From positions 1 through 28,815 of IMG/VR virus record IMGVR_UViG_3300027672_000058: a stretch of DNA of 28,815 nucleotides; one strand, written 5' to 3'. Each line of letters begins with the position of its first letter. Positions within the stretch are counted from its first letter, which is position 1. Positions 19,940-26,640 of this stretch are shown here, piece by piece. The translations under genes and the position numbers were made by a program. A model generated the notes under the pieces. That model worked only from the letters and a program-made list of their open reading frames with translations, did no database searches and was not told the origin of the DNA. The DNA is from a virus. Its lineage: Duplodnaviria; Caudoviricetes.

Positions 19940-20379
19940 TAATGGCTAGTCCACACTTTAGTATAGATGAACTCACCTTCAGCGAAACAGCAACCAGAAA
20001 TAATATAGATAACACGCCAGATGAACATCAATTAGACAATCTTTTAATCACAGCTATGGAGATGGAAAATGTTAGAGAACTTCTTGGGAATAATTTTATA
20101 CATATCTCTAGTGGCTTTAGGTGCATTGAGCTTAATACACTTATCGGAAGTAAAAAAACATCTAGTCATGTGCGTGGCTTGGCTTGCGACTTTACGGCAA
20201 GGGGTTACGGCAATCCCAATGACATTGTATCTGCTATTGTTGATTCCGATATTGATTACGACCAACTTATTTTGGAATATGATTCATGGGTTCACATCTC
20301 TTTTTGTGAAGATGAAGAAGTACCTAGAAAGCAAGCATTAATCATTAATAAACAAGGAACTATGTTATACTCTAAGTAG
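19936..20379 (+). CDS. Endolysin, peptidase M15A family
   Basis: HFSIDEL, ISSGFRC, SSHVRGLACDF and WVHIS Zn-peptidase motifs. Confidence 0.88.
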   Translation: MIMASPHFSIDELTFSETATRNNIDNTPDEHQLDNLLITAMEMENVRELLGNNFIHISSGFRCIELNTLIGSKKTSSHVRGLACDFTARGYGNPNDIVSAIVDSDIDYDQLILEYDSWVHISFCEDEEVPRKQALIINKQGTMLYSK

Positions 20380-20394
20380 TTTATTTAGAGGTAA

Positions 20395-21141
20395 TTGATA
20401 ATGAAGATTCTTATTTTAGATATTGAAACATCTCCGCATACAGGCTTTCATTGGGGACTATGGCAACAGAACATTAGTATAGGACAGTTGATAGAATGTT
20501 CCTCTGTTTTATGTTGGGCTGCTAAGTGGTTAGATGGTAAGAAAGTACACTTCTCTAGCATCTATGATACAACGCACACTAAAATGATAAAAGAAATACA
20601 TAAGCTGATAGACGAAGCTGATGCCATCATTACCTATAATGGTAAAAGATTTGATATGCCTACACTCAACAAAGAATTCCTTTTAGCAAACCTACCTCCT
20701 CCTAGTCCTTACAAAGACATAGACTTACTTAATACAGCAAGAGCAAAGTTTAGGTTCGCTAGTAATAAACTTGACTATATTGCTCAACTATTAGGTATAG
20801 GTATGAAGACCTCACATGAAGGTATGCCACTATGGATTGAGTGCATGGCTAAAAATCCTAAAGCATGGAAGCTAATGAAGAAGTATAATATTAATGATGT
20901 TAAATTAACAGAGAAAGTTTATAAGAAATTACAAGGTTGGATTCAAGTTCACCCTAACCATAACTTATTGACAAAAGAAATAGTTTGTCCTAATTGTGGT
21001 GGTCATCATCTACAGAAAAGGGGAACGCTATTAGCACTAACAAAAGTATGGCAAAGGTATTCGTGCCAGTCATGCGGAAAGTGGAGCAAAGGAAACAAGG
21101 CAATAGCAACAGTAAAATCAGAGTCGGCTTTACCCATATAA
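20395..21141 (+). CDS. RNase H-like / DnaQ-type 3'-5' exonuclease with C-terminal Zn ribbon (start probably 20401)
   Basis: LDIET, YNGKRFD and YNINDV DEDDy motifs; CPNC...CQSC. Confidence 0.82.
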   Translation: MIMKILILDIETSPHTGFHWGLWQQNISIGQLIECSSVLCWAAKWLDGKKVHFSSIYDTTHTKMIKEIHKLIDEADAIITYNGKRFDMPTLNKEFLLANLPPPSPYKDIDLLNTARAKFRFASNKLDYIAQLLGIGMKTSHEGMPLWIECMAKNPKAWKLMKKYNINDVKLTEKVYKKLQGWIQVHPNHNLLTKEIVCPNCGGHHLQKRGTLLALTKVWQRYSCQSCGKWSKGNKAIATVKSESALPI

Positions 21142-21152
21142 GGAAGATACAG

Positions 21153-21314
21153 ATGGACATTCATTTAATTGCAGAACATATGACAGACAAGATAATAGAA
21201 GATGTTGATATTGTGGATGGTGCTTCTGAAATGGTTATTACTCTATCGGATGGAAGTTCGGTGGAGATAGTAGTAGATAGTATCTATATGAATGTTCAAG
21301 ACCTAGATGACTAA
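21153..21314 (+). CDS. 53-aa acidic hypothetical protein (start corrected from 20994)
   Basis: AAGGA SD just after the exonuclease stop, then MDIHLIAEH...LDD*. Confidence 0.6.
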   Translation: MDIHLIAEHMTDKIIEDVDIVDGASEMVITLSDGSSVEIVVDSIYMNVQDLDD

Positions 21315-21740
21315 GTCTAATGTTCTGTAAGTTTTTCCGTCACTCCATTGTTTATCAATCTTTTCTTTGTATAAATTAATCACTTCATCATAACCTTTAA
21401 ATATAGGTCTGCTATTATTCTTAAAACAAAAAGCATAAATAAGGGGACATTTTTTACTGTGATAAACATCAGCGATTTGAGGCAGCATTTTTATTTCACT
21501 CTCTTTTATATTGGCTGTACCCTTTACATTACAAACAAATGTTTTATCTTTTGCATTAATAAAATAATCAGGCATGTTTCTTAATACTGGGTTTATATTA
21601 TAAAATAATGGAATAGAATTATTCTTCTCATCAAATCCTAGTCTAGCAATATAATAATCTTTACAGTAATTCTCAAAGAAATCTTCTGCGAAGTTGTTAC
21701 CTTTATTCCTATCAGCATAACTCATACTAGCATCAGGCAT
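21303..21740 (-). CDS. PD-(D/E)XK-like nuclease-fold protein
   Basis: AEDFF...MPDYF...VCNVKGT; Asn at the expected second acidic position. Confidence 0.5.
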   Translation of the reverse strand: MPDASMSYADRNKGNNFAEDFFENYCKDYYIARLGFDEKNNSIPLFYNINPVLRNMPDYFINAKDKTFVCNVKGTANIKESEIKMLPQIADVYHSKKCPLIYAFCFKNNSRPIFKGYDEVINLYKEKIDKQWSDGKTYRTLDLVI

Positions 21741-22059
21741 ATATCCTCCTACTTGCCATAGTCATAAGATTGTCCATTGCTAAATCTAAATTCACTTCAT
21801 AGTCTACAGGCTTATTACCCTTCAACCATCTATAATAAACAGCTTCTTTCTGTTCTTTGATTAAGCTATCTATACAAGCATTGATTATCTTAATGTTATT
21901 GTTATCACACTCCCCTATCATGTCTTCAAATACATCTGATGTAGACTCACCACCAGATGAAAAGTATGATGTCTTACTAGGATAGCCTAGCCTATGTGAA
22001 TCAGCTTTCATCCACCTAGACCAGTCCTCTAGCACATCCATTAATCTACCTATCCTCAC
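21733..22059 (-). CDS. Antiterminator Q-like protein
   Basis: VLEDWSRWM N-terminus and INACIDSL...AVYYRW resemble phage Q proteins. Confidence 0.55.
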   Translation of the reverse strand: MRIGRLMDVLEDWSRWMKADSHRLGYPSKTSYFSSGGESTSDVFEDMIGECDNNNIKIINACIDSLIKEQKEAVYYRWLKGNKPVDYEVNLDLAMDNLMTMASRRIYA

Positions 22060-22305
22060 TTACTTAACACTCCATGCAGTATTTCCCCAATTGCCTTTCT
22101 TTCTTACCTGTCTAGTTGTCATGGCTTTAGGTAACTTAAACTCTCCACTTGCTTCAAGCCTTAGTAGCACCCCCACTCCAACACCTACATAACCACTAAT
22201 CCTAGTCCTATTTGCTTCTGGATTTCTTGTTATAAAATCTTTTGCTCTTACAATAAAGTTCTGTTCTTCTTCATGCGTATAGTTGCTTCTTTGTTTTTCG
22301 TACAT
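22060..22305 (-). CDS. Hypothetical protein, possible HTH
   Basis: AAGGAG SD; NRTRISGYVGVGVGVLLRL HTH-like pattern. Confidence 0.6.
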   Translation of the reverse strand: MYEKQRSNYTHEEEQNFIVRAKDFITRNPEANRTRISGYVGVGVGVLLRLEASGEFKLPKAMTTRQVRKKGNWGNTAWSVK

Positions 22306-22898
22306 ATTAATCTCCTTATATTTAATATTTTATTTCCCACCTAATTTTATCACTTTTTGTTTGCATTTCATTTCTTTTTTCTCCGATATGCCATGCAACA
22401 GATTTACTTCTTTTTGTGTTACTCCACCCTGCGGCTTTATATATAGTTCCTTTATGATGGTCTACAGCCTGATAACTTAATAAGCCTAATATTTCTGGAA
22501 ACTTTCTATGTATTAATTTTCTCATAATACTTAACATTCTTGTAGCTGTATTTTTTGGAGCATCATTACTAATTGCAAGTCTTCTTAATTCTAGCCATAA
22601 TAATCCATCTTTAATTCGATTACTAGCAATCGGAGAAGTTAATATCGCACTTGCATAATATTTATTTTTATATGTAGCAGCATAAAAAACTTTATATCTA
22701 GTTCTAACAAGATTAGATTTATTCGTTTCTGGCAATACAGAGTGCCATAATTCATTTAACTCCATAGCTTTATCAACGCTTATTTCCCCTATTAAAAGTT
22801 GGAGCGGAGAGATTGGAATTGCACCATCACCTTCCTCTTGGAAAAGAGGATGTACTACTGTTGTACTATCTCCGCATTTATTAATATTAATCTCCTTA
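22304..22898. repeat. 15-nt direct repeat flanking the mom-like gene
   Basis: ATATTAATCTCCTTA at 22304-22318 and 22884-22898 (minus strand TAAGGAGATTAATAT, an SD-containing leader). Confidence 0.8.
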
Positions 22899-22909
22899 AC
22901 TAACATCAA
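22322..22909 (-). CDS. mom: Mom-like GNAT DNA adenine-modification enzyme (start uncertain; possibly ATT at 22885)
   Basis: LWHS, LELRRLAI...PKNTATRML, LLSYQ...HKGTIYKAAGW and final KIRW match Mu Mom-family motifs. Confidence 0.75.
   Translation of the reverse strand: MMLVKEININKCGDSTTVVHPLFQEEGDGAIPISPLQLLIGEISVDKAMELNELWHSVLPETNKSNLVRTRYKVFYAATYKNKYYASAILTSPIASNRIKDGLLWLELRRLAISNDAPKNTATRMLSIMRKLIHRKFPEILGLLSYQAVDHHKGTIYKAAGWSNTKRSKSVAWHIGEKRNEMQTKSDKIRWEIKY
22800..22875 (-). tRNA. Atypical tRNA-Gly-like element embedded in the mom-like CDS
   Basis: 76 nt: acceptor GCGGAGA/TCTCCGC, U73, CCA; D stem GTAC/GTAC; anticodon stem TCCTC/GAGGA with loop TTTTCCAA; T arm GATGG-TGCAATT-CC(A)ATC. Confidence 0.75.
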
Positions 22910-23219
22910 CGATTCTACTTACCCATTTGTTATCTTTCTTGTGCCAACCTTCTACTAAAAGAACCCAGTCTGCACTCCGCAGAGAGGGCGTAGAGGGACT
23001 ATCTGTTATTTTCTTTACCCTAGCACTAATGTTACTGTAACTCGTCACCTGAAGCCCTACAGTGTTGCCCTTACTATCTATTGCTAGTATGTCTATGATT
23101 CCAAATAAGTCCTGTCGTATTTTAGCAAATGCGTTCCATCTTTCTACAATAGTTACTAATGGATAATCTCCACTATCTCGCAGTCTTTTTAAAGTTCTTT
23201 GTGTTGGTGATATTGCCAT
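22896..23219 (-). CDS. PD-(D/E)XK endonuclease, Holliday-junction resolvase-like
   Basis: VERWN...QDLFGIIDILAI...GLQVTS motif. Confidence 0.65.
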   Translation of the reverse strand: MAISPTQRTLKRLRDSGDYPLVTIVERWNAFAKIRQDLFGIIDILAIDSKGNTVGLQVTSYSNISARVKKITDSPSTPSLRSADWVLLVEGWHKKDNKWVSRIVDVS

Positions 23220-23361
23220 CTTTATCCTTTAATGAGTTTAAGTGTCGCTCCTTTACATCTTCATCTTCCCATGCAACTTTTTTTTTGTTGTTAAAAATCC
23301 TATCATAATTATCAACAAACTTTTTGTCATCTGTTGGTCTGCGACTGCTTCCTTTACCCAT
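23173..23361 (-). CDS. Small hypothetical phage protein
   Basis: MGKGSSRRP...NYDRIF motif; GGAG SD. Confidence 0.65.
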   Translation of the reverse strand: MGKGSSRRPTDDKKFVDNYDRIFNNKKKVAWEDEDVKERHLNSLKDKDGNITNTKNFKKTAR

Positions 23362-23512
23362 TACTTATCTCCCTAACACAAGTATAAGTTTTCCAATCAA
23401 CATAGTGTACATTTGCATAAGTAAATGCTTCCTGACATGAGTTAAACGACCCAGCATAAACATTATCAGAAGGAAGTCCGTTTAAACTAATTAATAAAAT
23501 AAATTCAATCAT
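23354..23512 (-). CDS. 52-aa protein, paralog of the adjacent 93-aa ORF (not in ORF track)
   Basis: MIEFILLISLNGLPSDNVYAGSFNSCQEAFTYANVHYVDWKTYTCVREISNG*; AGGAG SD. Confidence 0.7.
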   Translation of the reverse strand: MIEFILLISLNGLPSDNVYAGSFNSCQEAFTYANVHYVDWKTYTCVREISNG

Positions 23513-23786
23513 TATCTTCTCCTATAAAAGTTCTTGTATCTACCCCAATAAATCCACAACTCTGCCCTTCTCTAATCGTATCAAAATCAAATTGACTTGG
23601 TGATACATGGTCAGGTGGTATATTGCTATATTCTTTTAGTAAGCAACTCGCTGCTTTATGCTCTGAACAATTCTCTTTAAAATAAATCATAGCAGTAGGA
23701 CAATCGTTAAAATAGCCTACAAATTCTAGGTCATCATAATTACCGCTTAAACTTACAGTTAATATAAATATCCCTTCCGCTAACAT
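23505..23786 (-). CDS. Hypothetical Cys-containing protein
   Basis: 93 aa, AGGAG SD, hydrophobic N-terminus. Confidence 0.68.
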   Translation of the reverse strand: MLAEGIFILTVSLSGNYDDLEFVGYFNDCPTAMIYFKENCSEHKAASCLLKEYSNIPPDHVSPSQFDFDTIREGQSCGFIGVDTRTFIGEDND

Positions 23787-23795
23787 AATTTACTC

Positions 23796-23954
23796 CTAAA
23801 AATTTCCTTTAGTAATAACCTTTCCTGTTGACTCATGAATAACATAAAATTCTTTTTCATTATAAGTCATTATGTATTTCCATCCTTCCCAAATCCATTG
23901 GTGTTCTTTCCATTCTTTTTTATTTTTCTTTAATATCTCTTTGCCTTTTGCCAT
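23796..23954 (-). CDS. 52-aa Trp/Lys-rich hypothetical protein (not in ORF track)
   Basis: MAKGKEILKKNKKEWKEHQWIWEGWKYIMTYNEKEFYVIHESTGKVITKGNF*; fills the gap in the operon. Confidence 0.6.
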   Translation of the reverse strand: MAKGKEILKKNKKEWKEHQWIWEGWKYIMTYNEKEFYVIHESTGKVITKGNF

Positions 23955-24090
23955 TTTTGCACACTCCACTCATATTGTATGTTCCTATTTCTGATATTAA
24001 ACTACACCACCATAACTTACCATCATGGTAGCATGCGTACTTGTTACACGCATGGCATAAGTGCTGCTTCCTTAAATCAATCTTCGTCAT
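23920..24090 (-). CDS. Small Cys-rich protein (start probably MTKIDL)
   Basis: CHACNKYAC...WWC...VC possible Zn finger. Confidence 0.55.
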   Translation of the reverse strand: MTKIDLRKQHLCHACNKYACYHDGKLWWCSLISEIGTYNMSGVCKNGKRQRDIKEK

Positions 24091-24385
24091 GAAGTTCGTC
24101 AAACTGTTTATCAATCATAATATCTTCTATGGTTGGCTTGTCTATCTTAAACCTACCTTTAGCTTCAGCATAAAATTGAGTCCATGTTTCATTAGCTTTA
24201 TCTAAATCTTGCTCCTGTATTACGGGGTCTTGATTCTTTTCCAGCCAGCGGAAACAGTATTTAACATGATTGCTCATATGGATGACTTCCATAGGAAATA
24301 GATTGTGAGTTAATACTCTAATAACCGTATAACACTCAATCCCGAATCTTACATACCATCTTGGTTTACATACTTCATCATTCAT
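24077..24385 (-). CDS. Hypothetical protein (start probably MNDEV)
   Basis: GGAG SD before the ATG at 24385. Confidence 0.55.
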   Translation of the reverse strand: MNDEVCKPRWYVRFGIECYTVIRVLTHNLFPMEVIHMSNHVKYCFRWLEKNQDPVIQEQDLDKANETWTQFYAEAKGRFKIDKPTIEDIMIDKQFDELHDED

Positions 24386-24602
24386 TTTTATCTCCATTAA
24401 TACAAACTTCATACTTTCTTTTTATAAAAACATTACTATCTGGACTGGCTGACTCAAACAATACACCCTTATCATTACATATATAATTAGAATGATTGGC
24501 GTTATAAGTAACATACAACCCCCACATCTTAAAACAAACTGCTATCGTTATTAAATAAATAACTAAATTCTTTGTAACAATACTTTGAATCCATTTAAGC
24601 AT
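24378..24602 (-). CDS. Hypothetical membrane-anchored protein
   Basis: AAGGAG SD; N-terminal TM segment; further Cys residues in the soluble part. Confidence 0.62.
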   Translation of the reverse strand: MLKWIQSIVTKNLVIYLITIAVCFKMWGLYVTYNANHSNYICNDKGVLFESASPDSNVFIKRKYEVCINGDKNE

Positions 24603-24694
24603 TTTACTTACTCCTTATTCATACATTTCTCTCTAATAATCAATGTACTTATTAAGTATAATAGAGTCTTGATTAACTATTAAAGGACTCTGCT

Positions 24695-24766
24695 ATGTGG
24701 ACAACACCTCAAGCTACTGAAATGCGTTTCGGTTTTGAAGTAACAATGTACATAATGAACAAGTAA
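24695..24766 (+). CDS. pqqA: Pyrroloquinoline quinone precursor peptide PqqA (not in ORF track)
   Basis: MWTTPQATEMRFGFEVTMYIMNK*: W-x-x-P N-terminus and RFGF-E-V-T-M-Y (ExxxY); AAAGGA SD at 24682-24687; TATAAT at 24657-24662. Confidence 0.93.
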   Translation: MWTTPQATEMRFGFEVTMYIMNK

Positions 24767-24780
24767 CTTCATAAAGGAAA

Positions 24781-24839
24781 GAGCCACCTATATTAATCAC
24801 AACATATAAGACCTTATAAGCATTAGTCTTTGGTGGCTC
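24781..24839. terminator. Stem-loop between convergent pqqA and ssb-like genes (possible terminator)
   Basis: GAGCCACC (24781-24788) / GGTGGCTC (24832-24839) plus inner AAGAC/GTCTT; TTTCCTTT follows on the minus strand. Confidence 0.45.
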
Positions 24840-24858
24840 ATTACTTTAACTTAATTGG

Positions 24859-25125
24859 CTAGAAAGGAACATCGTCTTTCATATCAGTTATAGTTTCAAC
24901 TGGTCCATTACTTTCTGTAGCACTAGCAGCACTAGCATCATAAGGCTCACTCATCTGACCACTCATGTATGAATTGCCGTTCTTGTCCTGTCTTAGCCAA
25001 GCACTCAATCTCTTTTCCTTATTGCCTTCAAGAGTGATTCTGCCTGTATAATCAGGTTGTGTTTCTTTAGTCTTATTGTTTTTAAACAATGCAAAGCTAT
25101 TAGTATTATCATATTCCTGTGCCAT
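24859..25125 (-). CDS. Single-stranded DNA-binding protein-like
   Basis: LFKNNK..QPDYTG...LSAW; acidic DDVPF C-terminal tail; next to the recombination genes. Confidence 0.7.
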   Translation of the reverse strand: MAQEYDNTNSFALFKNNKTKETQPDYTGRITLEGNKEKRLSAWLRQDKNGNSYMSGQMSEPYDASAASATESNGPVETITDMKDDVPF

Positions 25126-25745
25126 TACTGATTCTCCTTAATTGATTTAATCTTATCATCTACTTCTGACAAGAACTTACTTACCGCTACTTCCAAATGA
25201 CCTATGAGGTCATCATCTCTTTCAACTCTCTTGATAAAGAGTTTACAGTCTTCTGGGAAAGATGGTTGGTATGATACAAAGTCGCACCATTTCTTACCTG
25301 TACAAGCCATCTGCCATTGCATCTGGTGGATATACTTCCTAGCAATCTCACTTGATACTAATGTTTCTGTATGCGTGATTGGTTGTGGACATTTAATTTC
25401 AATCAATCCATCCTTACCTACTAGTCCATCTGGACTCGCACCACTCATATGTATGCTAGGGTGGTCTATGAATCCAACTTCCCTAACATCTGTATCTATC
25501 AGCAACTTCATTTTATTGGCATACTCAACCCTAGCTTCATCTTCATACTCCACACCATGAGCCATTGCAGCGTTCATAAATAAGGGAACGACCTTGTTAG
25601 TGAGTCTTTCTGTTACTAACTGTAACTTATATCGTTTAGTATATTGTGATTCACCTGACTTAGTCTTAGACATAATGTCATCTATCTTGCTAGCAGTAAC
25701 CTTACCTAATCTAGCAGAGAACCATTCAGCACTTCGTTGTTCCAT
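25125..25745 (-). CDS. YqaJ / lambda exonuclease-like alkaline exonuclease
   Basis: QRSAEWFSARLGKVTAS, GASPDG, IEIKCP and YIHQMQWQM motifs. Confidence 0.92.
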   Translation of the reverse strand: MEQRSAEWFSARLGKVTASKIDDIMSKTKSGESQYTKRYKLQLVTERLTNKVVPLFMNAAMAHGVEYEDEARVEYANKMKLLIDTDVREVGFIDHPSIHMSGASPDGLVGKDGLIEIKCPQPITHTETLVSSEIARKYIHQMQWQMACTGKKWCDFVSYQPSFPEDCKLFIKRVERDDDLIGHLEVAVSKFLSEVDDKIKSIKENQ

Positions 25746-26242
25746 TACTTATCTCCCTTAACTTTTTCTATGAACGGTGTACATAACTTTCTATCCGCAC
25801 CATCTAAGGTATTGAAATACTTTCTAGCTTCATCTATCCCTTGTTCTTTATAAACATTCTCTATATGTTCTAGTACATCTGCTTCAGGCAAGTCTTCGCC
25901 GTAGTACAAATGAAGTGAAATTCCAAATAAAGCAATAGCTTTTGCCAGACATCTTTGCATAGCAGTATTCAACTGCATAGTATTGGGGTTCTTAATTGCT
26001 TGGTTCTTAAAGTCTAGTACAGGTAGCTGTGCTGTCATAGTCTTTCCAAAGGAAGTCAATGAACAGAACACCATCATACTACCATCAGGTAAAGTCAATG
26101 GTTCTTTGTACTCCCATGTAGCAGACTCATCATGTTGTAATAAAGTATCAACACCCCATGCCCATGATAGATAGGTAAACTTACCTTTCTTTTCTGTATG
26201 CTTACTAACATCAATCTTTCTTAATTCTTTAAATTTACTCAT
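25745..26242 (-). CDS. Sak3-like (DUF1071) single-strand annealing protein
   Basis: TYLSWAWG and NTAMQRCLAKAIALFG..LYYGEDLP motifs. Confidence 0.85.
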   Translation of the reverse strand: MSKFKELRKIDVSKHTEKKGKFTYLSWAWGVDTLLQHDESATWEYKEPLTLPDGSMMVFCSLTSFGKTMTAQLPVLDFKNQAIKNPNTMQLNTAMQRCLAKAIALFGISLHLYYGEDLPEADVLEHIENVYKEQGIDEARKYFNTLDGADRKLCTPFIEKVKGDK

Positions 26243-26435
26243 TAGCTTCTCTCCATTGTCGGTTAGGCAAATCGCTCATCCAATCGGATAGTGCAATTGA
26301 ATCTCTTGCCTTTTCTTTTAACTCTGCCTTATCATTCTCTTCTTTAAGTTCAGCAGTCGCACACGATAAGTTCCAAGCTATATACTCTAGCTTGTCTTCT
26401 TGTAGTAACTGGTTTGAATTTTGTTTTGTACTCAT
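26235..26435 (-). CDS. Hypothetical protein, 66 aa (start corrected to MSTKQ)
   Basis: GAAGGA SD and a sigma70 promoter lie within the longer track ORF, upstream of ATG 26435. Confidence 0.65.
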   Translation of the reverse strand: MSTKQNSNQLLQEDKLEYIAWNLSCATAELKEENDKAELKEKARDSIALSDWMSDLPNRQWREANE

Positions 26436-26481
26436 GGTATTTTCCTTCTTCTTAAAGGTTAATAAATTGTTTCTTGGGGTA

Positions 26482-26509
26482 AGTATAGTCACTTGAATTT
26501 GTCTGTCAA
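26482..26509 (-). promoter_or_regulatory. Sigma70-type early promoter
   Basis: TTGACA (26509-26504)-N16-TATACT (26487-26482). Confidence 0.75.
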
Positions 26510-26599
26510 GCTGTTTATTAATAAAAACAATAAATAAATCCAACAGAATAATGATGTTGCAATCATAACCGCTAAGGTTAAACCTAGTAATGTAGTCAT
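26489..26599 (-). CDS. 36-aa single-TM peptide (not in ORF track)
   Basis: MTTLLGLTLAVMIATSLFCWIYLLFLLINSLTDKFK*. Confidence 0.55.
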   Translation of the reverse strand: MTTLLGLTLAVMIATSLFCWIYLLFLLINSLTDKFK

Positions 26600-26608
26600 G
26601 TTTAGTAG

Positions 26609-26628
26609 TAGGGGTGTTGCCACCCCTA
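26609..26628. promoter_or_regulatory. Perfect 8-bp hairpin with GNRA loop
   Basis: Minus strand TAGGGGTG-GCAA-CACCCCTA, intergenic. Confidence 0.65.
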
Positions 26629-26640
26629 TCCTTTTAAAAG

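Noticed and set aside
22800-22875. Interpretation as an ordinary decoding tRNA-Gly or an attP site
   Set aside because: Lacks D-loop GG and TTC, has an 8-nt loop, and its 3' half departs from the canonical host tRNA pattern; no integrase in the window.
23278-23286. T9 homopolymer as a phase-variable tract
   Set aside because: Encodes a Lys run in an intact ORF in AT-rich DNA.
26436-26543. N-terminal extension of the 26235..26543 ORF
   Set aside because: Contains a consensus promoter and SD for ATG 26435 and overlaps the 36-aa TM ORF.
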